Source: a virus
Taxonomy: Duplodnaviria; Caudoviricetes
Virus record (IMG/VR): IMGVR_UViG_3300007522_000023
Span: 1-59,332 of that record
Direction: 5' to 3' (one strand)
DNA length: 59,332 nt
The notes beneath the pieces are model-generated. The model saw only the letters and a list, made by a program, of their open reading frames with translations, was not told the origin of the DNA and searched no databases. This document shows positions 19,963-29,875 of the stretch, piece by piece; positions within the stretch are counted from its first letter, which is position 1, and each line of letters starts with the position of its first letter. The translations under genes were made by a program, and so were the position numbers.

Positions 19963-20877
19963 ATGAGTTTAGAAGAAATAAAAAACTGTAAATACATTTC
20001 AAGTGTTGGAATGTTAAAAAGATTGGATGAAAATGAAATAATAACATACGATGCTGCACCAGATAAAATAACCCACAACTTCAATAAGTTATTAAACGGT
20101 AAAAACGGTTCAATTATATATGTTAAATTTGCATTTATTAGACAATTTATATATCAAGTACTACCAAGTATAAATTATAATTTTATATTAGTAACTGGTG
20201 ATGGTGATGAATCAATGCCAAATGATATATTTGACCAAAACACGTTTAATTCTATAATTAACGATACTAGGGTGATACACTGGTATTCTGTTAATTGTAA
20301 TGAAGAATTACATATAAAATTTTCGTTAATACCTATTGGTGTTAATTTTCATTCGTTATCTTATGGTGAATTTTGTGGGTGGAATGAAACAGCTATAACT
20401 CCGTTAGAACAAGAAAATATAATTGAAAATATAAAAAATAATTCGTTACCGTTCTATGAACGCAAAGTAATGTGTTATTCTAATTTTCATTTTTTAATAC
20501 ATAATGAATTTGGAAACCCTAGACAATCAGCTATTGATAATGTACCTAAAGATTTAGTTTATTATGAGCCAGTATTTAAACCAAGGCTAGAATCTTGGGA
20601 AACACAATCAGAATACGCATTTGTACTTTCACCTATGGGTCATGGGATGGATTGTCACAGAACTTGGGAAGCATTAATTTTAGGTTGTATACCAGTTGTT
20701 AAAAAGTCACAATTGGATAGTTTATATGAAGGATTACCAGTATTAATTGTTAATGAATGGAGTGATATAACTGAAAAACTTTTATTTGAAACTATCGATA
20801 AATTCAAAAATATGGTTTTTGAATATGATAGAATAACTGCCGAATATTGGGTGGATAAAATAAAAAATCTTAAATGA
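19963..20877 (+). CDS. Exostosin/GT47-like glycosyltransferase-domain protein
   Basis: FVLSPMGHGMDCHRTWEALILGCIPV...LPVLIVNEW. Confidence 0.75.
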   Translation: MSLEEIKNCKYISSVGMLKRLDENEIITYDAAPDKITHNFNKLLNGKNGSIIYVKFAFIRQFIYQVLPSINYNFILVTGDGDESMPNDIFDQNTFNSIINDTRVIHWYSVNCNEELHIKFSLIPIGVNFHSLSYGEFCGWNETAITPLEQENIIENIKNNSLPFYERKVMCYSNFHFLIHNEFGNPRQSAIDNVPKDLVYYEPVFKPRLESWETQSEYAFVLSPMGHGMDCHRTWEALILGCIPVVKKSQLDSLYEGLPVLIVNEWSDITEKLLFETIDKFKNMVFEYDRITAEYWVDKIKNLK

Positions 20878-21662
20878 TAGAATATAAAGTACATAAACAC
20901 ACAACTAAAAATAGTGATGGTATAATAAATTACATGATTTACAGTCATAGTTCATTCATAGACATATTGAAAATTCAAATTAATTATATTTCTGGAAATG
21001 GTCATTTAACACTATGTATTGATAAAAATAATTTAGATTTAGAATATATATATGATAAGTTTGATAATGTAGTGTTTTATGATAGTAACCAAACCTACGG
21101 ACAAAAATTACTAAGCTGTATAAAACAAGTTGATTATGAATACATTTTGTTAATGCATGATATCGATATATTATATGATATTGATAAAACAAAGGTCCTA
21201 GAACTTCAGAACTTTTTAATAGAAAATAAATATGATAGAGTTGATTTTCAATTAGCTTATGATTTTGATAGTACACATTATAACACTATAAATGATGATG
21301 AATTATACCTAATCAAATCATCAAATACAGACACTAGAAATAAAGGTTATATCTATAACGTAAACCCATCAATATGGAAAAGAAAAACGTTAGAAACGAT
21401 ATTAGATAAGTTTAGTCATTTAGACTATAGAACTATAGAACAAGATAGTGTCCAAGAATTTTCATCTCAATTCAATATTTTTAAATTATTTTCTAAAGTC
21501 AGATATAATTGTGGGTATTTTACATGTTTAGAACCTTTTAAATATTTACATATAACACACAGTAGAACATTATTTAATCCTAACACTTTACCACCAGAAG
21601 ATAGTAAAGATGTTATTGATGAATATAATAAAATAATTAAAAAATATAATTTAGAAAAATAA
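20874..21662 (+). CDS. Putative GT-A glycosyltransferase, paralogue of 19152..19961
   Basis: Shared motifs listed for 19152. Confidence 0.6.
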   Translation: MIEYKVHKHTTKNSDGIINYMIYSHSSFIDILKIQINYISGNGHLTLCIDKNNLDLEYIYDKFDNVVFYDSNQTYGQKLLSCIKQVDYEYILLMHDIDILYDIDKTKVLELQNFLIENKYDRVDFQLAYDFDSTHYNTINDDELYLIKSSNTDTRNKGYIYNVNPSIWKRKTLETILDKFSHLDYRTIEQDSVQEFSSQFNIFKLFSKVRYNCGYFTCLEPFKYLHITHSRTLFNPNTLPPEDSKDVIDEYNKIIKKYNLEK

Positions 21663-22438
21663 TGGATAATAATAAACCAGTGTTCATAATTGCACACAAA
21701 TATTTTAGAGGATATGATAGTTATGTTGAATATTACATAAACAACATTAGAGAGTTCTATGAGGATTCATTAATTATTGTTGTTGATAACAATTCAATAT
21801 ATAAAGACGATATTTTTAATAACTTAAAGAAATATGATAATGTCATATTACTAGATAATAACATTGAGTGTAAATTTGAATTAGGTGCCTACCAAGTAGG
21901 TACTAAATATTTGATTGATAATGACTTATTAGATAAATACGCTTATGTTGTTATGACGCAAGATAATTTTATTATTAAAAATAAATTAGATTTTAATCAA
22001 TTATCTGAAGCTAACGTAAAAGCTTGCCCATTAAATGGATGTGACCAAAATGTTGATTCACCAGAATATTTTAACATACAACAAAGTTGTACTGATATTT
22101 CAATACCAGTGCTAGATAAAATAGGGTTAAACGATAATTGGGATAAAATTTCGTTTTGTTGGTGTAATAGCTTCATTTTATCAACAGATAAGTTATTACA
22201 GATGTATGGGTATATGCAACAAATAGTAATTAAAATTAGATGGGAAAGTTGTGCATCTGAAAGATATTTAGCTAGATTACTTTGGGAATTAAATGATAAA
22301 GTAAATTATGATATTGATGGTGATATTAGAAACTTAAAAAATAAATACGACTGTTGGAATGTAGATTTAAATGTACCTCAAGTAACATTTTTCGTTAAAA
22401 AATTACAACAAAAAGATGAAAGGACCGTAGATAAATGA
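21662..22438 (+). CDS. Putative GT-A-like glycan biosynthesis protein
   Basis: IIVVDNNS, FELGAY, TQDN, ASERY motifs; locus context. Confidence 0.6.
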   Translation: MDNNKPVFIIAHKYFRGYDSYVEYYINNIREFYEDSLIIVVDNNSIYKDDIFNNLKKYDNVILLDNNIECKFELGAYQVGTKYLIDNDLLDKYAYVVMTQDNFIIKNKLDFNQLSEANVKACPLNGCDQNVDSPEYFNIQQSCTDISIPVLDKIGLNDNWDKISFCWCNSFILSTDKLLQMYGYMQQIVIKIRWESCASERYLARLLWELNDKVNYDIDGDIRNLKNKYDCWNVDLNVPQVTFFVKKLQQKDERTVDK

Positions 22439-23331
22439 TAATTAAAAAAGTAAATAAAGGTGTTATTTATTATAATAATGACGAATCAATACATATTAAA
22501 GATTATTATAATTATTGTGTTAATTTATTAATTAATTGGTTAACAGATAACGATAAAGAAATAAATATAATATTTGGTGATTACAAAGTAGATTTTAATA
22601 ATAATTTTGAGACGATAAAAATCGATATTCAAATTGAACATACATTAGTTAAAAGTGGTGGTAGAAGTGTTAACGATAAAATATATGGAACTACTAAAAC
22701 TGATAATGGTGAAGTTTACTTAGTTAGAATAGATAAGTTTAATTATTATAATTCGCTAGATTATATATTTGAATATAGTTACCCTAATACTCACAATATA
22801 AAATCTTCTGGGTATTTTAATGAATTCTCCGATAAAATAATTAATATTACCCCATCAATGTACTCACCTAATTTTGATAAAACTAATAAAATTGATTCAA
22901 TAACTTTATTTAGTAGTAACTCTAGTCAAAGAAGAGATGATATAACAAAAGAATTAAAAGAAAAAAACATTAATTGTATAAATATTGATAACTGTTTTTC
23001 ATCAGATGATTTAATTAATCAATATAATAAGACTAAAATAATGTTAAATGTACATCAAACTGAACATCATCATACTTTTGAGGAATTAAGGGTGTTACCA
23101 GCACTAAGTAACGGTGTTATTATAATAAGTGAAAATGTTCCATTAAAAGAACTAATACCTTATAGTAACCATGTCGTGTGGTGTGAATATAGTGAATTAT
23201 CCAACACGCTTAAATATGTTCAAGAAAATTATGAGGAATTTTATGAAAAACTATTTAATAATGAATTAAAAGAATTATTATTAACCTTAAAAGAAACTAA
23301 TAATAAAAAACTAAATATTCTAAATAAATGA
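22435..23331 (+). CDS. Putative GT-B-like glycosyltransferase
   Basis: C-terminal KIMLNVH......EELRVLPAL..G.IIISE. Confidence 0.65.
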   Translation: MIIKKVNKGVIYYNNDESIHIKDYYNYCVNLLINWLTDNDKEINIIFGDYKVDFNNNFETIKIDIQIEHTLVKSGGRSVNDKIYGTTKTDNGEVYLVRIDKFNYYNSLDYIFEYSYPNTHNIKSSGYFNEFSDKIINITPSMYSPNFDKTNKIDSITLFSSNSSQRRDDITKELKEKNINCINIDNCFSSDDLINQYNKTKIMLNVHQTEHHHTFEELRVLPALSNGVIIISENVPLKELIPYSNHVVWCEYSELSNTLKYVQENYEEFYEKLFNNELKELLLTLKETNNKKLNILNK

Positions 23332-24785
23332 AAGTTGCACTATTAATATCTGGATACTTAAGAAGTTACGATATAAATCTTAAATATATTGAAGCCGAGA
23401 TATTAAATAAATTTGACCATGTTGATGTTTTCCTACATATAACCAGTAATGAAAAAAATGAAGATAAGTATATAAATTCAGTTAGTGATGAAGAAGCTAT
23501 TAATAGTTTTACTGCTGCTTTAAACCCATTAAGTACGATTATTGAAAGTAACATACACTACTATAATGATAGTAATCTTAACAGCCTAATAAATCAATGG
23601 CATAAACTTTTTAAATTAAATGATTTGAAAAAAAAACATGAAGAAATTAATGGTAAAAAATATGATTTGGTTATTAGATTTAGACCAGATTTAACCATCA
23701 ACGGTAAGGGTGTATTTAGTGATTTAATTGAAGGGGTAATAACGATACCAAGTGATAGTAAAATCGATAATTCTAAATTGCGTAACCCAAATGATTTACA
23801 TATATGTGACGCTTTAGCTTTTGGTGATTCTACATCCATGGATAAATATTTTGGTATCTATGAGCACATATTAGATTTGGTTCACGAATATGGTTATGTC
23901 TCAGAAACAATACTATATTGGTATTTAAATAAAAATAAAATAAATTATAAAGTTGCTGATATTGATTACGGTTTCACATTATCTAAATGTAATGTATTTG
24001 CTATTGCTGGTGACTCTGGCTCTGGGAAAAGTACACTAGGTGAATTACTTAAGGGGGTTTTTACTAATTCTTTTATGTTAGAGTGTGATAGGTACCACAA
24101 ATGGGAACGTGGTGATAAAAATTGGGATAATGTAACCCATTTAAACCCAAGTGCTAATTATATCACAAAAATGGTTGGTGATATATTTAATTTAAAATTA
24201 GGTAATGATATTTACCAAGTTGATTATAATCATCACAGTGGTAAATTTACTGATAAACAAATTATTAATTCATCTGATAATATAATTGTTTGTGGTCTTC
24301 ATAGTTTATATACTGATTCGATTTACGATTTAAAGATATTTATCGACACCGAAGAATCACTCAAAAAAAAATGGAAGATAAAACGTGACGTTAGAGACAG
24401 AGGATACTCAGTTCAAAAAGTGTTAGATAGTATTGCAAAACGTGAAAGCGATTTTAATGAATTTATTTTACCGCAAAAAGATAACGCAGACTTGATAATT
24501 AAATTTTTTACACTAGACAAAATTGACTTCAACGACTACAATAAACCAGAGCGTTTAAGTCTTGAGTTGACAATTAATAATAATTTTAACCTTACTGAAA
24601 TATTAAGTAGATTAGATGAAATTGGGGTTGAATATTTCATTAAAAAGGATAATTATTTTAATAAAATAATTTTTAATGAATATAATAACTTGGTTTTATT
24701 TAAAGATGATAAAATTCCAAGAACTAATACATTTTATGATTATATTATGTATGTTATTTTTAATTTAGTATTTACAAATAAATAA
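23328..24785 (+). CDS. Fusion of a putative glycosyltransferase-like domain and a phosphoribulokinase/uridine-kinase family P-loop kinase
   Basis: N-half: ALLISGYLR, DLVIRFRPD, CDALAFG, SETIL. C-half: IAGDSGSGKST, CDRYH, YNHHSG, GLH, WKIKRD..RG, FILPQK..AD, close to PRK motifs. Confidence 0.8.
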   Translation: MKVALLISGYLRSYDINLKYIEAEILNKFDHVDVFLHITSNEKNEDKYINSVSDEEAINSFTAALNPLSTIIESNIHYYNDSNLNSLINQWHKLFKLNDLKKKHEEINGKKYDLVIRFRPDLTINGKGVFSDLIEGVITIPSDSKIDNSKLRNPNDLHICDALAFGDSTSMDKYFGIYEHILDLVHEYGYVSETILYWYLNKNKINYKVADIDYGFTLSKCNVFAIAGDSGSGKSTLGELLKGVFTNSFMLECDRYHKWERGDKNWDNVTHLNPSANYITKMVGDIFNLKLGNDIYQVDYNHHSGKFTDKQIINSSDNIIVCGLHSLYTDSIYDLKIFIDTEESLKKKWKIKRDVRDRGYSVQKVLDSIAKRESDFNEFILPQKDNADLIIKFFTLDKIDFNDYNKPERLSLELTINNNFNLTEILSRLDEIGVEYFIKKDNYFNKIIFNEYNNLVLFKDDKIPRTNTFYDYIMYVIFNLVFTNK

Positions 24786-24808
24786 ATATTTTTTATTTTT
24801 AAATAAAA

Positions 24809-25486
24809 ATGGATAAAATCTCATCAAATTTATTAAAATTAGCTTCAAATGTTTCGAAATATTGTGTTGGTATGGAGGGAAACATATCTGGACTTGATGA
24901 AGATGGGTCTATTCTAATAAAGGCTAGTGGTTCAAATCTGTCTAAATTAACCGAGAATGATTTAATACCATTTGATATAGATGGAAATCAAACGGGTAAA
25001 ATGGATAAACGTGGTAGTATTGAATTAAGTTTTCATTTATTTCTTTTAGGGTTTGAGGATATAAATTATATCTCACACACACATCCTATTAGTAGTTTAA
25101 AAATTTTATGTGGTAATCAAATAACCAAACACTTATTTAGTACCCGTAGGTTATTTCCAGACCAAGTAATCTTTAATGGTAAAGAATCTTGTTTGGTTCC
25201 ATATTCAAAACCTGGTGAAGAATTAACCGATAAAATTAAAGAAAAAGTTAATGGTTTTATTAATAAAAATGGGTATTTCCCAAAATTAATATTATTAGAA
25301 AATCACGGTATAATTAGCTGCGGTAAAACAATTGAGGAATGTATAATAATTAATGATATATGTGAAAAATCAGCAGATATTTTTAATGGTAATGAAATAA
25401 ATAATTTAACTTTTTTAACAATTGAAAATATTAATGAGTTAATTATAGATAAAGGTGAAGAATATAGACAAAGTTTAGTAAAATGA
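24809..25486 (+). CDS. Class II aldolase/adducin family protein
   Basis: EGNIS, IKASG, SIELSFH, HTHP, LENHG. Confidence 0.9.
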   Translation: MDKISSNLLKLASNVSKYCVGMEGNISGLDEDGSILIKASGSNLSKLTENDLIPFDIDGNQTGKMDKRGSIELSFHLFLLGFEDINYISHTHPISSLKILCGNQITKHLFSTRRLFPDQVIFNGKESCLVPYSKPGEELTDKIKEKVNGFINKNGYFPKLILLENHGIISCGKTIEECIIINDICEKSADIFNGNEINNLTFLTIENINELIIDKGEEYRQSLVK

Positions 25487-26253
25487 AATCAACGGGTATA
25501 AGTTTAGGTTGGAACTGTTCAGCAGCACAAGACGGGTTAAGAATGGGGTTAAGAGGTGTAAAATCAGATGGTTATAAAACATGTCCATTTGATATGATGA
25601 TAAGTAACTATTTTGGTATGTGTGAATGCATTAAAGATGATTTTAAATATTTTTGTGACCCTAAATACTTAGTGTTAAGGGATGCACCAGACATGTCAAT
25701 GCATTTCCCAAATCAAAAGGATGGTGAGAAATGGATATATAATACTTATTATAATTTTACGTTTAATCATGAATCACCATATCATGGAAATTTATATCTT
25801 AATGAACAATGGAGCAGCCCACACCATTTTGTTAATAACAATTATGAAAACTTTATTAAAAGATATGAAGCTAGAATAAAGGCGTTTAGAGATTATATTA
25901 ATTCTGGTGAGTTTATTAATTTTGTGTTATGGAGGTATAACGCAATTCCTAATGAGTTAGAAACAATAATTAAAGATAAATACCCTAATTTAAAATTTAA
26001 TATCAATTCAATAATTGATTTTGGACCACACACACTTAATGCGTTGATAAAAAACAACCCAGAAGCTGCAAAGTTACAAGAAATCGATTATTTAAAATAT
26101 ATGAATGTGACAAATTCAGAATATGATAGATATTATTCTGAAAATATAAATAAATTTGATGAAACAAATAAAGATATTAAGGTTACTGATAATATAACGT
26201 TAATTGAACCAAAAAATAATAAATTTCTAAATGACCCGAATTATTTACGTTGA
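25483..26253 (+). CDS. DUF1796-like (putative papain-like) protein
   Basis: SLGWNC, PFD, FNHE, RYEARI..F motifs. Confidence 0.65.
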   Translation: MKSTGISLGWNCSAAQDGLRMGLRGVKSDGYKTCPFDMMISNYFGMCECIKDDFKYFCDPKYLVLRDAPDMSMHFPNQKDGEKWIYNTYYNFTFNHESPYHGNLYLNEQWSSPHHFVNNNYENFIKRYEARIKAFRDYINSGEFINFVLWRYNAIPNELETIIKDKYPNLKFNINSIIDFGPHTLNALIKNNPEAAKLQEIDYLKYMNVTNSEYDRYYSENINKFDETNKDIKVTDNITLIEPKNNKFLNDPNYLR

Positions 26254-26527
26254 TATAGACGAAACAATATGTGAAACTCCTTCACCAAGGAATTACCATA
26301 ACGCTAAACCATTAATTGAAAATATTGCAAAAATAAATAAATTATATGATGAAGGTAATACTATTGTTTATTGGACTGCTCGTGGGAGTCGAACACAAAT
26401 TGATTGGTATAAACTAACTAAATTACAATTAGATGAATGGGGTGCTAAACATCATGAATTAAACGTAAATAAACCATATTATGATTTATTTATAGACGAT
26501 AAAACACTTAGAATTGAAGAAATTTAA
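26231..26527 (+). CDS. Minimal HAD-family phosphatase (capsule-biosynthesis type)
   Basis: VDIDETIC, WTARG, KP.YDLFIDDK. Confidence 0.85.
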   Translation: MTRIIYVDIDETICETPSPRNYHNAKPLIENIAKINKLYDEGNTIVYWTARGSRTQIDWYKLTKLQLDEWGAKHHELNVNKPYYDLFIDDKTLRIEEI

Positions 26528-26711
26528 CAAAACTATATTATTACCACCAAATATTTCTTTTGGAGATTCTATGTCTGTTATTGGGTTGGTTTATTATTTA
26601 TTAGAATATTACGAGGCAGTATATTTTTATATCGACCCAACTATGAACCTAAATTATGTTTGAACCATGATGAATACTCCAAAATTAAATAACTGGATTT
26701 TTAAATTTTAA
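26514..26711 (+). pseudogene. Internally deleted remnant of a glycosyltransferase-like gene
   Basis: Frame from TTG 26514 reads MKKFNKTILLPPNISFGDSMSVIGLVYYLLEYYEAVYFYIDPTMNLNYV*TMMNTPKLNNWIFKF*; overlaps the upstream stop and ends 5 nt before the next ATG. Confidence 0.5.
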
Positions 26712-26716
26712 ATATA

Positions 26717-27199
26717 ATGAAATTAATATCACACAGAGGAAATATTGTTGGGCCAAATCCAAGCCGTGAAAACAAACCATCTTACATTGATACAGCAATC
26801 TCAGCTGGTTTTGATGTGGAAGTAGACATCATATTCAATGATGGTAAATTCTATCTCGGTCATGACACACCAGACTATGAGGTCACAGAAAAATGGATAT
26901 CACTTAGAAAATATAAGTTATGGTTACACTGTAAAAATTTGGAAGCTGCAACTAGGTTGTGTGAATTAGGGGACTCCCACCAATTTTTCTGTCATTCTTC
27001 AGATTCTTATGTCTTATGTAGTAATGGTAAAACATGGGTTCATGATTTAAAACTTAATGTTTCTAAAACAACAACAATAATACCTCTTCTGAGTGATAAC
27101 GATATCATTAACTATAATGGGGCTATACCATATGCTATATGTACTGATTACATATCACTTGCTGAATATAGTTTAAAACAAAAAGGAATTTATAAATGA
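26717..27199 (+). CDS. Short GDPD/PLC-like phosphodiesterase
   Basis: ISHRGN, EN, GFDVEVD, LGHD, WLHCKN, ICTD. Confidence 0.85.
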   Translation: MKLISHRGNIVGPNPSRENKPSYIDTAISAGFDVEVDIIFNDGKFYLGHDTPDYEVTEKWISLRKYKLWLHCKNLEAATRLCELGDSHQFFCHSSDSYVLCSNGKTWVHDLKLNVSKTTTIIPLLSDNDIINYNGAIPYAICTDYISLAEYSLKQKGIYK

Positions 27200-28758
27200 A
27201 TAACAAACCACAATTAATAATACCAATGTCTGGAATCGGTAAAAGATTTATTGATGCTGGGTATGATACACCAAAACCACTAATAGTTGTTGATGGGAAA
27301 CCAATAATTGAACACGTCGTAAATCTTTTCGGGAGACCTAATGATGTTATATTCGTTTGTAATGAAATTCACCTTAAAGAAACAAATATGATTGATATAC
27401 TTAAAAGAATATCACCTAATTGTAAAATTTATTCAGTTCCAAATGAAAATAGATGTGGACCAGTAGATGCAATTTCACAAATATTTGATAAAATAAATGA
27501 TGATAGAGAAGTAATTATTAGTTACTGTGATTACGGTACTGTTTGGGATTATGAATTATTCATAACAGAAACTAGAAATTCTAAATCTTACGGTGCTATA
27601 GCATGTTACACTGGTTTTCACCCTCACATGTTAGGTTCTGACAATTATGCCTTTGTTAAAGTCGAAGGAAATGTAGCTTCCGATATTCAAGAGAAAAAAC
27701 CATTCACTGATAATAAAATGAATGAACTTGCTTCTAACGGTACTTATTATTTTAAAAGCGGTAGTTTAGTTAAAAAGTATTTTAAATTATTAATAGATAA
27801 CAAAATGGACCTTAACGGTGAATACTATGTTAGTCTAGTTTATAAATTATTATTAAAAGATAAACTTTTAGTAACAACCTTCTTAATTGATAAGATGTTA
27901 CAATGGGGAACTCCGTATGATTTAGAAATATATAATGGCTGGTCTAGATATTTTACAAATATAAAAACTAAACAAGTAAAGGTAAGTAATCCAAAAGGCA
28001 CTACGTTAGTATTACCAATGGCTGGCAAGGGTAGTAGGTTTGAATCTGAAGGTTATAATCTACCAAAACCGATGTTAAATGTTGACGGGAAACCAATGAT
28101 AATCCAAGCGGTTAATTGTTTACCCTCATGTGATAATAACACCTTTATATGTTTAAATGACCACATAGAAAAATTTAAAATAGATGAGACGATAATTAAA
28201 TCATTTCCTAATGCTAAAATAGTTAGTATTGATAAAACGACTGAAGGTCAAGCTTGCACTTGTGAAATTGGAATTGAATCTAATAATATAGATTTAGATA
28301 ACCCAATATTAATATCTGCATGTGATAATGGCGTGTATTATGATTCAAAAAAATATTTAGAAATGGTAAATGATGAGAGTATAGATATCATAGTCTGGTC
28401 CTTTAGAAACAATCAAGCTAGTAAGACAAATCCGAATGCATATGCTTGGTTAAATGTTGATAAAGATGGTTTTATTAAACACGTTTCATGTAAAAAGTTT
28501 ATATATAACGACCCATTAACTACCCATGCAATAATTGGTACTATGTTTTTTAGACGTGGTAGTTATTTTAAAGATGGATTAAATAAGAATTATATTGAAA
28601 ACATTAGAACCAACGGTGAATTTTATGTCGATGATGTTTTGAATCAAAATATAAAGGATGGTTTAAAAATTAAAGTATTTGAGGTTGAGAACTATATCTG
28701 TTGGGGGACACCAAACGACTATAAAACTTATAATTATTGGGAAGAATTTTTCAAATAA
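27196..28758 (+). CDS. Tandem double sugar-phosphate nucleotidyltransferase
   Basis: Two homologous halves: IPMSGIGKRF..GY..PKP...NGEYYV...WGTPYD and LPMAGKGSRF..GY..PKP...NGEFYV...WGTPND. Confidence 0.9.
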   Translation: MNNKPQLIIPMSGIGKRFIDAGYDTPKPLIVVDGKPIIEHVVNLFGRPNDVIFVCNEIHLKETNMIDILKRISPNCKIYSVPNENRCGPVDAISQIFDKINDDREVIISYCDYGTVWDYELFITETRNSKSYGAIACYTGFHPHMLGSDNYAFVKVEGNVASDIQEKKPFTDNKMNELASNGTYYFKSGSLVKKYFKLLIDNKMDLNGEYYVSLVYKLLLKDKLLVTTFLIDKMLQWGTPYDLEIYNGWSRYFTNIKTKQVKVSNPKGTTLVLPMAGKGSRFESEGYNLPKPMLNVDGKPMIIQAVNCLPSCDNNTFICLNDHIEKFKIDETIIKSFPNAKIVSIDKTTEGQACTCEIGIESNNIDLDNPILISACDNGVYYDSKKYLEMVNDESIDIIVWSFRNNQASKTNPNAYAWLNVDKDGFIKHVSCKKFIYNDPLTTHAIIGTMFFRRGSYFKDGLNKNYIENIRTNGEFYVDDVLNQNIKDGLKIKVFEVENYICWGTPNDYKTYNYWEEFFK

Positions 28759-28781
28759 AAACGATTTATTAAAACATTAAG

Positions 28782-28795
28782 ATACTTATAATAAA
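28782..28795 (+). promoter_or_regulatory. Putative late promoter variant ATACTTATAATAAA
   Basis: Identical copy at 34019-34032; 18 nt upstream of the phoH ATG. Confidence 0.55.
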
Positions 28796-28799
28796 AGTT

Positions 28800-29669
28800 A
28801 TGACTAGAAAAGTTTCTCAAGTAAACAAACCATTAACTACTAGAAAACCTAGAGTTAAAAAGGATGAAAATGAAATTACATTTGAAAAAGGAAGTTCATT
28901 AGAACAAATTAAAATTGAGATTAAACATAAAAATGATACTCAAAAAAAATTAACTTCATCTATTAAATCAAATGATATAACCATATGTACTGGTCCAGCA
29001 GGTACTGGAAAAACGTACATTTCTTGCTTACAAGCACTTTATGATTTAAAAAATGATGATGATATTAAAAAGATTGTTTTGGTTAAATCTGTAACAACTT
29101 TAAAATCTGAAGAGATTGGTTTTTTAAAAGGAACTATGGAAGAAAAAATGGAACCTTTTATGTATTCTTTTACTGGTAATTTTGAAAAAATATTAGGTAA
29201 AGAACTATTTGCTAAACTTAAAGCTGAAAACTTTATTGAAATAATGCCAATAGCCTACCTTAGAGGCGTTAACATAGATAACGCAATAGTTATTATTGAT
29301 GAAGCACAAAATATCACCATTGACAATATTAGAACGATACTTACTCGTTTAGGTGAAAAATCTAAAATGGTATTTTTGGGTGATGTTAAACAAATTGACT
29401 CTAAAAATAAATACGATAGTGCTTTAAAGTTCTTAGTGGAAAGATTTAATAACATACCTAAAATAGGTGTTGTAGAATTCTTTAAAAGTGATATTGTAAG
29501 ACACCCAATGATTAAAATAATTGAAGAGGTTTTTGATAAATTTGAAGAAGAAAATGAAATTAGCAAAAAAACTTCAGAAAAAAAACAATTATTAATAGAG
29601 AATAAAAGACCTATTAATCAAGAAAAAGACAAATCAATTATCGGTAGACTTATAAGGTTTTTTAATTAA
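28800..29669 (+). CDS. phoH: PhoH-like ATPase
   Basis: GPAGTGKT, IGFLKG..EEKMEP, YLRG, IIDEAQN, LTRLG, GD..QID, DIVRHP. Confidence 0.95.
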   Translation: MTRKVSQVNKPLTTRKPRVKKDENEITFEKGSSLEQIKIEIKHKNDTQKKLTSSIKSNDITICTGPAGTGKTYISCLQALYDLKNDDDIKKIVLVKSVTTLKSEEIGFLKGTMEEKMEPFMYSFTGNFEKILGKELFAKLKAENFIEIMPIAYLRGVNIDNAIVIIDEAQNITIDNIRTILTRLGEKSKMVFLGDVKQIDSKNKYDSALKFLVERFNNIPKIGVVEFFKSDIVRHPMIKIIEEVFDKFEEENEISKKTSEKKQLLIENKRPINQEKDKSIIGRLIRFFN

Positions 29670-29875
29670 TTTGTCATCCATGTGATTAGTCGCCTCACTG
29701 ACTAATTTAATCTTTAATAATTTTCGATACAAAATGTTTGTGATAAATGTAAGCTATTATCATAAAGTTTCTGACACAATTAAAAAATAATTTTATTTAC
29801 TATGTACTATTTGCAATAATCAAATATAATTGTTGATATAACACTAAGAATAAAGAATAAAAAAAAATAAAAATT

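Noticed and set aside
23990-24785. Phosphoribulokinase as a Calvin-cycle auxiliary gene
   Set aside because: It is fused to a glycan-locus domain and surrounded by sugar-nucleotide genes; promoter signals point to a Bacteroidota host.
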